Source: Lama guanicoe
Taxonomy: Eukaryota
Assembly (NCBI GenBank): GCA_013239625.1
Contig: MU054098.1
Coordinates: 496,001 to 560,000, forward strand
Direction: 5' to 3'
Length of the DNA stretch: 64,000 nt
In this document: one piece after another, positions 42,058-55,204 of the stretch
How the letters are laid out: every line of letters begins with the position of its first letter
Numbering within the stretch: the first letter of the stretch is position 1
The notes under the pieces: model-generated
Databases searched by the model: none
Told to the model about the DNA's origin: nothing
The model's input: the letters and a program-made list of their open reading frames with translations, nothing else
Translations under genes and position numbers: made by a program

Positions 42058-42317
42058 GAAGAATAATTTTTAAAAATGGGAACAGCCTAAATACTTATCA
42101 ATTGAGAAATGCTTAAACGAATTATGGCTTATTCATACTATGGGATATCATGAGGATTAAAAAGATTGGGATGTATTTATATGTACTGATGTGAAAAGCT
42201 TTCTAAAATTTTGTGAAGAACAAAAACTATTATCAGAAATCTAGCTATTTAAAAAAAATCTACACAAGTGTGTGTGTGTGTGTCTGTGTGTCTGTGTGTG
42301 TAAATATATGTATTTGT

Positions 42318-44200
42318 CAGGAAGAAATAGAAAATATGAACAGACCAATTATCAGTACTGAAATAGAGTCAGTAACTTAAAAACTCCCCAAAAACAGAAG
42401 TCCAGGACCAGAAGACTTCACAGGTGAATTCTACCAAACATTTAGAGAAGAGTTAACACATATACTTCTGAAACTATTCCAAAAAATTGCAGAGGAAGGA
42501 ACACTTCCCAGCTCATTCTATGAGGCCACCACCACTCTGATACCAAAACTATCCAAAGATATAACAAAAAAAAAAAAAAGGGAGAGAGAGAGAGAAAATT
42601 ACAGACCAATAACACTGATGAACATAGATGTAAAAATTCTCAGCAAAGTACTGGCAAACTGACTCCAACAATACATTAAAAGGATCATATACCATGATCA
42701 AGTGGGATTTATTCCAGGGATGCAAGGATATTTTGATATCTGCAAATCAATCAATGTGATACACCACATTAATAAACTGAAGAATAAAAACCATATGATC
42801 ATCTCAGTAGATGCAGAAAAAGCTTTTGATAAAATTCAACATTCATTTATGATAAAAAAAAAACCTCTCCAGAGAGTGGGCATAGAGGGGACATACCTCA
42901 ACATAATAAAGGCTGTATATGACAAACCCACAGCTAATATCATACTCAATGGTGAAAAACTGAAAGCATTCTCTCTAAGATCAGGAACAAGACAAGGATA
43001 CCCACTCTTGCCACTTTTATTCAACATAGTTTTGGAAGACCTAGCCACAACAATCAGAGAGGAAAAAGAAATAAAAGGAATCAAAATTGGAAAAGAAATA
43101 AAACTGTCACTGTTTGCAGATGACATGATACTATACATAGAAAATCCAAAAGACGCTACCAGAAAACTACTAGAGCTCATCAATGAATTTGGTGAAGTTA
43201 CAGGACACAAAATTAATATACATAAATCTGTTGCATTTCTATACACTAACAATGAAATTTCAGAAAGAGAAATTAAGGAAGCAATCCCATTTACCATTGT
43301 ATCAAAAAGAATAAAATAGCTAGGAATAAACCAACCTAAGGAGACAAAAGACTTGTACTCAAAAAACTATAAAACTATATTCAATTTCAATAAGAAATTG
43401 AAGCTGATATAAACAGATGGAAAAATACACTATGTTCTTGGATTGGGAGAAACAATATTGTTAAAATGACCATACTACCTAAAACAATCTACAGATTCAG
43501 TGCAATTCCTATCAAACTACCAATGGCATTTTTCACAAGACTAGAACAAAAAATTCTTAAATTTGTATGGAAACACAAAAGACCCCAAATAGTCGAAACA
43601 ATCTTGAGAAAGAAGAACAGAGCTGGAGGAGTCACACTTCCTGACTTCAGACTATACTACAAAGTTAGAGTAATCAAAAAAGTATCATACTGGCACAAAA
43701 ACAGACATATAGATCTATAGAACAGGATAGAAAGTCCAGAAATAAACCCACGAGCTTATGGTCAATTAATCTATGACAAAGGAAGCAAGAATATACTGTG
43801 GAGAAAAGACAATCTCTTCAATAAATGGTGCTGACAAAATTGGACAGCTACAGGTAAAAGAATAAAATTAGAATATTCCCTAACATATACAAAAATAAAC
43901 TCAAAATGGATTAAAGACCTAAATGTAAGACTGAATGTTATAAAACTCCTTAAGGAAAACATAGGCAGAACAGCCTTTGACATAAATTGCAGGAATATTT
44001 TTTTGGATCTGTCTCCTAGCATAATAAATACAAACATAAAAACAAAAATAAATGAGACCTAATTAAACTTAAAAGCCTTTGCACGAGTAGTACCTTGTAA
44101 TGAAAAAGAATATATAGATATGTATATGTATAGCTGAATCACTATGCTGTACACCAGAAAGTAATACAACATTGTAAATCAACTGTATTTAAATTAAAAA
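42318..44200 (+). mobile_element. L1 ORF2 fragment joined to the last ~110 bp of an L1 3' end
   Basis: Sense ORF2 to 44084, abrupt jump to ...gctgtacaccagaaagtaatacaacattgtaaatcaactg. Confidence 0.92.
42702..43319 (+). pseudogene. L1 ORF2 reverse transcriptase domain remnant (205 aa open)
   Basis: Motifs [22 protein letters not shown]; premature stop at 43319. Confidence 0.9.
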
Positions 44201-44279
44201 TGTTTTTAAAAATGGGTTTGTATGTGTGAGTATGTGTGTATTTCGTTGTAAGCCTATGTTTATAAAAAATGTTGAAATC

Positions 44280-44870
44280 ATGTGCTTGATAACCTCACTT
44301 CCAACCTGCTTCCCCTTAGTCTTCATCTCAGTAAAATGCACCACTCTTCACTTAGCTAATCAAACTTGGACTTATTTTCAACTGTTCTGTCTCTCAGACC
44401 TGTTATCCTATCTGTCAACAAATGCTATTAGATTCACCTTTCAGAATGTACTCTGGATCCAACCACTTCTCACCACTCTTGGACTCTTACATAACCCCTA
44501 ACTGGTATCCCTGCTTATACCTTTTGCCCCCATACATTTTATTCAACACAGATATCAGAATATATTTTAAAAACAAACAGTTCTTGTCATTCCTATCTTT
44601 AAAACCTTCAAATTCAAGTCCCTACATGATCTTGCCAGTGGCTACTTCTCCAACTTTTTCTCCTAAAATCCCCCCTTATTCACTCTTGCCTAAGTACACT
44701 GGCCTCTTTGCAGTTACCCAAATAAACCAAGTATGCTCCTGCCTTAGGGTTTTAGTTCTGTTGTTTCCTTAGGCATCCCCAAATGCTATCCCCAAATATT
44801 CATGTGGCTCATTCCCTCACTTTGTTTAGATTTCTGCTAAAACATTACCTGTCCTGATAACTCTACCTGA
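44280..44870 (+). mobile_element. L2 LINE fragment
   Basis: cttcatctcagtaaaatgcacc...cacttctcacc...tcctgccttagggtttt. Confidence 0.7.
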
Positions 44871-44899
44871 AATCTAAAATGCATAGCAGGACAGTCAAT

Positions 44900-47580
44900 T
44901 GTTTTGTTCTTCTGTCTTCTCCATGTAATTCAAATTGATACATGAACAAGTTTGAGACCCTTTTCATATTGTTAAGTGACATTTGCATTTCTTTTTCTGT
45001 GAACTTTCTCTTCATATATTCTTTGCCCATTTTTCTCTAGAATTTTAGTTTTCTCTTCTATTTTTAGAAGCTCTTTATATATGAGATGTTAATCTTTCTT
45101 GGTGATATACATTGAAAATATTTTTTCCAGTTTCACATTAGTCTTTTTATTTTGCTTATGGTGCTTCTTTCATGGAAAATTAAATTAAAACTTTTAATCA
45201 AAATTATTTATTGTTTATCTTATTGCTTGGATTATGAGTCATAATATGAAAATTTACCCTAATTCCAGATGATAATAAAATACTCTCATGTTTTCTTTTA
45301 GTACTTTCATGTATGTGGTGGGGAATGGAAACAATTTTGTTTTCTTTATGGAAATTGAAGGTTATCCTAATAACCACTTATTATGAAACATATAATATTG
45401 CAAATTGACTATACTTCAATTAATGAAAAAAAAGAAATCCATCTTTCCTCACTGATTTGAATGCCACCTTTGTCATCTACTGAATTTCAGCGTATAGACG
45501 AATCTCTTTCTGGATTTTCTGTTAAATGCCACTGTTGGGTTTTTTGGTGTTTTTGTTGGTTGGTTTTTTTTTTTTTTTTTAAGTCAATTTGACACTTTTA
45601 ATTATAAAGACTAGAAAATTTTTAGTATTTGGTAAGACAACATCCTCATAATGCTCTTTTTTAAAAGTGAGTTTCTGAATAATTCTCTGCATTTATTCTT
45701 CCAAATATAATTTATAATCAACTTACCTACCTTAAAAAAAGGATTGCCTTGTTGCTGGGATTACATTAAATTTATAGATTAAATTAAGATTCCATTTTAT
45801 GATGTTGAGTACTCTTATGCAAGAGCAAGTTATGTAATTTTATTTGTTTAATTCTTTTGATCTTTCACAAATATGTTGTACTTCTCTTCATGTAGATTTT
45901 GGGAATTTCTTGTTAATTTTATGGGTGAGTACTTTTGGCTACTGTAAGTAGAGTCTTCTATTATATCTTTAACTGGCCCATATTTATATATTGCTTAAGG
46001 CTTTTGACAACTGTACTTCAATTTTATAAACTACTATTGTAGTTTCCTTTTTGAACTTCAAATCTATTTTGTGCATTATTAATATAGTGACACAAGCTTT
46101 GTTTTGCTTAACTTCTTTTGAAGTTATGGTCTTGAGTCTGAAATTTATTAGATAGGCTGGCAGGCTGGAAACTCAGGCAAGATTTCTGCAATATGGTCTT
46201 GAAGCAGCATTTCTTCTTCCCCAGAAAACCTCAAGTTTTGCTCTTTAGGTGTTCAACTGATTGAATGAGGCCCATACCGCATTACCAAAGTTAATCTTAG
46301 TCAACTGAGTATAGATGTTAATCACGTCTACAAAATACATCCAGATTAGTATTTAGATAAAAAACTGGGCACTGTAGCCTAAACAAATGGATATGTAAAG
46401 TTATCCATCACAACCCATTAAAGGACATTGGAGCTGTTCCATGTTTTCGGCTATGATGATTAATGTTACTATGAACAATCATATACGGACTTTTGTGTGA
46501 ACAAAAGCAATTGCTGAGTCATATGGTCAATGTTCACTTTTTTGACCTATTGATGCATGATTGCTCCAGCACCATTTGTTGAAAAATTATCCTTCCTCCA
46601 TTGAATTGCTTTTGCTCTTTGTAAAAAATTAATTCAGCACATTCATGTGAGTCTATTTCTGGTTTTTCTATTCTATTCCATTGATCAATGTTTCTCCCTC
46701 TGGAGATATTGTACTTTGTTTCCACCAGCTTTATCGAAGTATAATTCACAAACAAAATTGTATATATTTAAATGATAGCATACTTTCTTTGTGGTTATAG
46801 CTATATTGTAGGCCTTATTATTGGGTTGAGTGATTCTTCCCACTAAATTCTTCCTTGTCAACACGGTTTTAGCTATTCTAGGGCCTGTTTATGCCTTTCT
46901 ATATAAACTTGAGAATAAACATGTTTACAAAAATTCTTGCTGGGATTTTTGATAGAAATTTCATTAAATCTGTATATCAACTTGGGGAGAATTAACAACT
47001 TTACTGTGTTGAATCTTTCAATTCATGAACAAGGCATGTCTCTTCATATTTATTTTATGTTGTCTGTAATTTCTTTTATCTTATATTATCAGCATACAGA
47101 TCCTGCCCACATTTTGTTAAGTTTATACTAAGTATTTCATGTTCTTTGTGGTGATTTTATTTTTTGTGTATATTTAATTTTGGTTTCTATATGTTTAGTA
47201 TTAATATTATAGAAATGTGGTTTTTTGTGTGTGTGTTCATCTTGTATCCTACGACCTTACTAGGAATTTTTTTCTTTGGTAGATTTCTTGAGACTTTCTA
47301 TGTAGTCATATCATCTGCAAATAGGTACAGTTCTATTTCTTCCTTTCCTTTGTATATGCCCTTTCTTCCTTTTTTATCACCTTAATAAATTGAATATAAC
47401 TTAAAGTACAATGTTGAATAAGAGTAGTTAAAGTGGACATGCTTGCTTTGTTCCCAATCTTAGAGGTGTATTGGCTGTAGGTTTTTTTGGTATATGTTCT
47501 TTATTAACTTGAGGTAATTTTTTTTTTTATCATGAATGGGTGTTAGATTTTGCCAAATGCTTTTATGCATAAATGACATA
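44900..47580 (-). mobile_element. Nested old L1 fragments with an MLT2 LTR piece (about 46125-46412) and a tiny + strand L1 tail (about 45385-45433)
   Basis: Antisense ORF2 remnants (IDQWNRIEKPEID); MLT2 motif aggctggcaggctggaaactcagg. Confidence 0.75.
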
Positions 47581-47584
47581 ATAC

Positions 47585-48815
47585 TGCCTAATATTCCAAG
47601 AATACTCCTATTGCCCACAAAAATGTTTCTGTTGCCTAAGGTATGCTCACCTGGCATCATAAAAAGAAGGTGTAGAACTAGTGGCTGTTTTGCAGTATGA
47701 ACGTGTTTTATGACATCTGACAATGGAGCCATTTGGGTGCCATAGAGAAACTGTTTGAAATGTATGGTACCAGAATCTTGTCTGTGGAATATGGTTCTAC
47801 TTTTAGATGTATGCAATTGTAAGTAGAGACTTTTAGTTGTTATCAGTACCTCATTGATTCAACATTTTCTCCTGTCAGGAACCTACCAGATAGTACAGTG
47901 TATGAAATTAGAAATGTACCATATATTTGATTTTTTTTATTGGAATCAACAAAATATACTTATCGGAATTCCTGTACTTATAGGACACAATCATGTAACA
48001 GTAATTTAAAAATTTGTGTGAAGTTGCATATTTTATTCATCTTAACATATTGTGTCATCTTAAATCTGATACATCTTGTCCTGATGAAGCCTGTCAGTTA
48101 TAGATGACATAAAACACAAATTACTAGTAAGCCAGCAGAATGAAATGCTCCATTGGTAAATTCTTACTCCTTTTATCAATTATCAATGTGTATAGTATAA
48201 AAATAATTTGACTATACATTTATGAAGCTCAATACAACACAGCAACTATTTAAAAATGCTTTTGAATTGTTCTGGTAATTACTGCTGTCAATTCAAGTAT
48301 TATTAAGTTTAATTACTGTACAAGAAAACTTGAGATGACCTGGAATATCACAGTTCATATATAAAAGAGAATTTATAGAGGTTTCCCAAATTTGAAAATG
48401 GTGAAACTTACATTACTAAATATGCTATGAAAATGAAAAGAAACTTTTCTAGACTGTCAATGATACAAAAATTTTCATTAGTCATACTAAATGAGGACTG
48501 AAATCTTTGTTCTCACCATAGAAAATAATATTACAAAATTACTGTTATAAAAAGGGTTGATTAAAGAGTATTCAGCCACACAAAGTAGGAAAAAGTATTA
48601 TAGAGTTATGTCAGGCAATTATTGATAAAACATTATATTATTGTTAGGAGTTTTGTAATGTTTGTGGTATATATCAGCTTTTTAAGTTTTGTAATTTTTT
48701 GTTTTTTTTCATTCTACATAAATATCTGCTTTCATTTCTAATTTTGAATTTTTAATAATGTATTCTTATTTTAAAGTCCCCCAGCTCACATACAAATTTT
48801 ATAAGCCCCAGTATC
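47585..48815 (+). mobile_element. Zaphod-like hAT-Tip100 transposon fragment
   Basis: 48370-48595 resembles the hAT dimerisation domain coding region (FPNL..ERNFSRLS..IENNITK..IKEYSA) in decayed form. Confidence 0.7.
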
Positions 48816-48853
48816 TGTCTTAATTACTATAGCTTTATAATAGAACTTAATAC

Positions 48854-49389
48854 TGTAGGGGAGGAAAAGTAATTTCCCCTCTACCCTTCTGACCTTTCGG
48901 AAGAAACCTCTGTAGTAAAAGACAGATTAACAAGGGAAAAACCAACAGAAGTTTATTAACACATATACCTCATGCATATATTGGAAATACCCAGAGAAGA
49001 ATCAGTAACTTCCAAAAGTGGCTTAGAATTCAGTCTTAAATACTAACTTAATTGGGAAAGGGTAAGGGATAGGTCTCTTAGGGAAGAGTAAATAATTCTT
49101 AGAAAAGATGAAAGGGTGCTTAGAATAGATGGGAGGTATGATAGTTTGTGACAAAGTTTGTCTGTGTGTGGTGTCAACTTCTAGTCTCCTGCGATAAGTC
49201 AGTCTTCCCTGAAACTCCCAGGAGGGGGATCTATGACAATTGAGTTCCTTTTGGCGGAGCTATCTTTAGGCAGAGATGAGTACAGAGAAAATCTCTCCCT
49301 GCATTTGTTGTTTTATAAGTGCCTACAGTTCAAAATTATCAACTTGCCAAAGTCGTATATTTTAGGATGGTATGTTCTACTATCTTTCA
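48854..49389 (-). mobile_element. MER34-like ERV1 solo LTR
   Basis: TG...CA termini; reverse complement starts tgaaagatagtagaacataccatcctaaaatatacgactttggca. Confidence 0.8.
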
Positions 49390-49701
49390 GTATCTTGTAG
49401 GACTAATTCTCAAAGCTGCTTCTCAAAGTGTGTCATGTTTTCTATCTTTTGCTGTTCAATATTAATTTTAGAATAATCTTGTCATGTTACATGAAAAACA
49501 TAATTTGAAGTTTAATCAATACTGCATGTCTCTATAGACCAATTTGTGCAGAACAGACCTCTTTATGTTTTTTATCACTTCATTTATTTGTGTTTTATAG
49601 TTCTCAATGAAATTTTATAGTTTTCTCCATACCAGATTTGTACATCTTTTGTTAGATTTATTAATAGATACTTTGCATATTTGACATAATATGATTGCTA
49701 A

Positions 49702-50274
49702 TGTTAGAGCAGACAGGTAGCTAGATATGAGTAGAGAAAGCGGGACATGGGCAAATGGCAGAAAACCATACATCTTGTAAACAATGGGGGTCCTGGGACA
49801 GACCAAGAAAAACAGGATCCTCTGGACTAATAACAAATCATACCTTTTGGATTGATAAGTGTCCTGGAGGCAAAAGGGTGAGACAGGACAGGAATCCTCA
49901 CCATCCGAATGTAATCTTTTACTTATGGTACCCCCTGTCCAAATGTAACTTTTGTTCATTATAACCTCATCCAACTTCCCAGTCAAGACTAAATAAGGAT
50001 GAAAAGTCCCTGGGAAGGTGGAGCTGGGATGAAGATCAGGAAAGATGACCCCAAACCCCTCCCCACCAATGAATATTCTGCCCATTCATTTTTATACCCA
50101 TATAAAGAGTTTGCCAAGGAAACTCCAGGCAGCTACTCACCTGGGTCTTCCCGCTCTTTCCTTGAGAGCGTACTACCTATCCCTTAATAAATCCTTGCTT
50201 TGCTTTCTTCATCTCTGCATCTTGTCTCTGAATTCTTTCTGCAACAAGACAAGAACCTCTCTCAACCCCTAACA
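49702..50274 (+). mobile_element. ERV1 solo LTR
   Basis: TGTTAG...CTAACA termini, TATAAA at 50101, AATAAA near 50186, TSD ctaa/ataa. Confidence 0.88.
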
Positions 50275-51033
50275 ATAATGGCATCTTTTAAAATAATTAA
50301 ATTTACTAAATATTTGTTTTGATGGAAATAAATGAAATGGGTTTTGGTTTGTTCACCTACCCACCTTGCTAAATCTTCTTATTTATAAAAATAATTACCT
50401 GTAACTTGTTTTGTGTTTTTAATATAGAAATCATATTATTTCAAATAATAATCTTATTTACTGATTTCAAATTTTATAGTGATAATTATTTTTGTCATAT
50501 TATGCTGGATAGGACCTCCTGATTTATATTAAATTGAAATAATAATCATAGGCATTCTTGCCATTTTTCTGATTTTAAGGGAATGGTTTTTATGTTATAC
50601 TCTTATGAATGATGTTTTCTGTGTATTTTTGGTAGATAATGTTTTATCAGGGTAAGAAAGTGTCCTTCTAATCATAATTTGCTGCAAATTGTATTTTACC
50701 AAATATTTTTTCTATTTATTGAGCTAATCATATTTTTTTTCTCCTTTGATCTGTTAGTGGTAGTGGATTATATTTATAGGTTAAATGATATTAAACCAAC
50801 CTTACTTTTCTGAAATAAAACAGCTTGGTCATGAAATATTAAACTGCTAGATTAATTTCATTAATGTTTTGGTTGGGGATTTTTTTCATATGTATTCATG
50901 AATGTGAATGGCCTGTAATTTTCTTTTCTTCTTCTTTCTTTGTCTGACTTTGGTGTCAGATTTATATTGGGCATATCAAGTGAGTGGGAGAGTATTCTCT
51001 TTTTTATTCTCAAAGAGAGTTTGTATAAGATTG

Positions 51034-51509
51034 TGAAGGGAACAGAATATGTGACCTCAAAATATGGCACTTTGCCATGTAGCTTATTTTGAGCTGAAGA
51101 CAATCAAGACTCAGCAAACTCAGGAAAAGCTTTTACCTCTCCCTTAACTGTCTAAAAAAATTTAGATAGGGAGCCAGGCTCAGAAAAAAAAACTATTACC
51201 AGAGTTAAACTTTTTTATCTGAAAGATCTATCTGTATGTCAGGACAAATATCTAATTACCAAACATCTGCTCTTCTTGTTGTCCTGTGAATTATCCTCTG
51301 CCTTTGAAGCCCCAGGCCCCTGTCACATTCTTTGGCTCAGAACAGCATGTAAATCTCAATTGCCTGGCCTGCCCTTGGGTCTCAGATCTTTGGGACTCCC
51401 ATACATACCAAGTTAAATTTGTTTTTCTCCTGTTATCTGTCTTATGTCAATTTAGTTATGTGATCAAAGTACATAGAAGTAAAGAACAGGATGTTTTCTT
51501 GCTCCTACA
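51034..51509 (+). mobile_element. MER34-like ERV1 solo LTR
   Basis: tgaagggaacagaatatgtgacctcaaaatatggcactttgcc...cctaca; TSD attg/attt. Confidence 0.85.
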
Positions 51510-52374
51510 ATTTTATAAGTTATTCCTTGAATATTTGATAGAATTCACCCATGCTTTTTATTACTTCCTCTTTATAAAAATATTTAACACTTATTCAGTT
51601 TCTCTGGTAGTTATATGAATATTCAAGCCTGTTAATTTTTCTCATGAAAATTTGTATAACTTATTTTTCAAATAATTTCTCTTTGTATATTTTCAATGTA
51701 TTAGTATTATTTTTTTTCACTTCTGAATATATAGTAATGCCACCGTTTTAACTTCCAGTACTATTGATTTGTGTCTTCTCTCACTATTTCTGTTAGTCTG
51801 ATCAAAATATGTTCACCCTTATTAATCTTCAAGGATCTGATCTTTGGCTTTGGTAATCCTCTTTACTGTATCTTTGGTTTTCTGTTTCATTGAATACTGT
51901 TCTTGATTTTGTAATTACCTTTCATCAACTTTATTTAGTTTTGTTAATTTTCCTTTTATTGCCTTTTAAGTTACAAACTTAACTCATTGATTTTCCTCCC
52001 TGTTTTTTTTTTTTATTGTAAGCTCTTATGGTTATATTTCCTTCTAATTACAACTCTTAATGTATCATTTGCTTCAATGATTGATATGTAGTATCTGCTT
52101 CCAAGATTATGTTCTGTTTCAAACCACCAGAATAGTTTTTCTTTGATACATTTAATAGTGTTTTTAATTTCCAAATATATTAGAATTTAAATTTATCTTT
52201 TTGTTGTTTTCTTTTTTCAAAAAATTGCATATGATTAGAAAGCATTTTTGTATGACACTAATTACTTCAAAGTTTGTTTATACTTTTTTTATTGCTTAGC
52301 ATATGATCAATTTTGTAAATATCCTTTGTGTGCTTGAGAAAAAGTTATATTCCCTAGTTGTTGAGTGCTGGGTC

Positions 52375-52921
52375 TGTAGGGAAAGAAGAAGTTTTCCCTC
52401 TACTCTTTTAGGTTCTCTGGCTGGATCTGCAAAATAAACTGACAACAGATTAAGAGAAGAAAAGACATGTAAATGTATTAATTTTAAATTTTATGTGCAG
52501 AATGGCATCACAGAAGGAAGTGAATACCCAAAGGAACAGTGAGATTTGAGAGTTTATAGGGGAAAGAAGGGGAGGAGAGGCCACTTATGGGATAGCAAAT
52601 GAATTTTAGGAAAGATAAATTAGCTCCTAGGAGAATAGATGGGAAATATGATAGCTCGTGACAATGTTTTTTCCAGTATGGTACTAAATTCTCCTCTCCT
52701 GTCCTGTAATAAAAGTCAGTCTTCCTTGGTCAATTAACCTCTCAGAGAGAAGATTTATGACAATTGATTCTGTTTTCTTAAGGAGGATCTGTTTTTAAGC
52801 AGAGGAAAAATATTCAGAGAAAGCCTCTTCTTGCATTTGTTGATTCTCAAATATCTTCAGCTCAAAATAATTCTTATTTAAGAGTGGCATATTTTGGGGT
52901 GGCATATTTCAATCTCCTACA
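52375..52921 (-). mobile_element. MER34-like ERV1 solo LTR
   Basis: TGTAGG...CCTACA termini; gtggcatattttggggtggcatatt. Confidence 0.85.
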
Positions 52922-53268
52922 AGTTCTACATATGACCACTGAGTCAAGATTGTTAATCATGTTGCTCAAATCTACTCTATTCTTACTAAATGTTTTTCTC
53001 CTTGACTAATCAGCAGTTTAGAAAATCATTTTGAAGTCTCCCACCAAGAGTGTAAATTTATTAATTTTTTTCCATAGTTCTGTCAATTTTGCTTATATTT
53101 TGAGTCAACTTTTGATTCATACTACTTAGTATCCTTATATTTTCTGAGTCAGCTAAACATTTTATCATTATGTGGTAGCCTTTTATATCTCTTATAATGC
53201 CTTATATCTTTAGGTATATTTTGGCAGATACTAACATAACTACCCACGGTGGATTTGGGTATATGTGC

Positions 53269-53739
53269 AGACAAAAATTCTGTCCTTGATCAAACTCTAC
53301 TTAGGCTCCCCAGAACTTTTTCCCAACTAGGCCTTGACTTTTGGGCTTCTGTACTCCTTTCTACATTGTCCAATTTTAGAAAGAATCCTACTAAATCTAT
53401 TTAGCTAGAATCCCCTATATTCCATATCTGATCCTTGATAATCTATTGGGTTCCTCATCCTCTGCTATACCCTGGCCTGTCTTCAACAAGAATCCTGTTA
53501 AGTTGGCTTAGCCAGAATCCTCCCTTACCTTTGATGTTTCTTCTTAGTAGTTTTCTATTCATTGACCCCCACCCTGCTCCTTAGCTTTAAATTCCCACTT
53601 GTCCATGGTGGTTCAGAGTTGACCTCAATTTCTCTCCCCTACTACAAGACCCATTGCACTTCTAATACCTATCACACTAGTCCTGCACTAAATAAAAATT
53701 TGCCATCTTTAAATAAATGTCATTGAATACTTTTTAACA
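53269..53739 (+). mobile_element. MER31-like ERV1 solo LTR
   Basis: gacaaaaattctgtccttgatcaaactctacttaggctcc start, repeated aagaatcct, AATAAA at 53691, ends ttaaca. Confidence 0.75.
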
Positions 53740-54485
53740 GTATGTGTGTGTGTGTGTCTGTCTGTCTGTCTGGGTGTTTTGGTTAGTAAATGTTTGGTGA
53801 ATCTTTTTATTTTTACTTTCAATCTTTTCTTGTCTCCCTAACTTGTGCTGGACAAAGGCACCATCTCCTATCCCTTAAGTGGTTGGCCATTAACATGCAG
53901 GTCTCATCATTACAGTAATGGGAGATTGCTCCCAGAGCAACCATAGGTTCCACTGTAACTTAACACTCTGGTTTCCAGGTCCTTTGTTTTTTGCTCTTAG
54001 GGATGTCCCACCTTTTGTTTTGTGTACTATTATGAATTTGAAATAGCTATTTTTAACCAAGATATCATGTTTAGCATCATGTGGTGAGTTTTTTAAAAAA
54101 AATACTGAAATACTGATGAACAGCCTCCATTACAATAATTAAATCAAAATCTCTGGAGCTGATATTCTGGAATTAGTATTTTTTAAAGCTCCCCAAGTGG
54201 TTGTAATGGCAGTTAGATTTGAGAACTGCATATTTTAGAAATGCTCATTATCTTTAATCCAAGATGCTTATATTTTGCATATTGGTGGTTTTAAAAAAAT
54301 TGCTGTGTCATTTTATCAGAAATATTAGCTAAATCTAAGTTTTATGTTTGAAAAACACTAACCTTAAAATTTGAATAGGAATTCTGGGCAATGTATATAT
54401 TCAAGTAATTTTAGAGAGTAGATAGCTTTTGTTGAAACACTGAAATCTCAAAAGCTATCGAGTAATGAAAAACTATCTTTGATCA

Positions 54486-55027
54486 TGTTGGGGAGGAAAA
54501 AATTTTCCTCTATCTTCCTAATTTCTTTTGGCTGGTCTAAGAATTAAATTGACATGAGACAGATTAACAGGAGAGAAACAAGTTTAATTTCATATGCACA
54601 GGAGGATCGTGAAAATGATGCTCAGAGGGTGACCAAAAGCAGGTGGCTTTTATATCTTTTTACATAAAGAATGTTAAGTTTGTGAGAATTAGACAAGGCA
54701 AAGAAGATTAGGTTTTCATGCTCAATTAGTAAGGAATTTAAGCAAGGTTTGGGTTTGGGGTAGTAAATTAGTGAAGAAACAACAAGGGTTGTTTATACAG
54801 GCTTCTCAGCCCTGACTCCCTATCTCTAGTGATAAGGGTGTCTCCTGTTAGCTTCCTGGTGCAGGGAGGGTACTCGTCACAGATGGGAGATTTATTTCCT
54901 GCTTTCAGGGAGACAAAGGAGGGTCAAAGTGTCCTTTTGCACTGGCTGCTTTTCAAGTAACTTTAATTCAAAATAATCAATATGCCATCAAGGCATATTT
55001 GGGGGCAGCCAGTCCTGGGCCCCAACA
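54486..55027 (-). mobile_element. MER34-like ERV1 solo LTR
   Basis: TGTTGGGG...CCCCAACA termini; perfect 4-bp TSD ATCA (54482-54485, 55028-55031). Confidence 0.9.
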
Positions 55028-55204
55028 ATCAGAAAAGTTAAAAATTTCTGTGGATTAAAAATTTCATAAACAAATTACAATTTCAATGTAAAATTGAGAA
55101 AAATATTTGGAACACATATAATAGAAATGGCATAACTTGCATACAAATAATTAGAGACAAATATCTTGATACAAAAAATGAAATGTTCAAAGTGACAAAA
55201 AAAA

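Larger units (their letters stand above)
50280..53260 (-). mobile_element. Old L1 ORF2 backbone hosting LTR insertions
   Basis: Antisense ORF2 remnant (KENYRPFTFMN in ORF 50861-51103). Confidence 0.7.

Noticed and set aside
41482..42066. 194-aa hydrophobic ORF (also 42836-43297 and 15716-16051)
   Set aside because: Antisense reading of L1 ORF2, a well-known artefact
49615..50085. 156-aa ORF
   Set aside because: Antisense within an ERV1 LTR and crosses into L1
48854..55027. Same-orientation MER34-like LTRs as ends of one provirus
   Set aside because: Intervening DNA is L1 and other LTRs, no PBS or gag/pol/env, and the 54486 LTR has its own TSD
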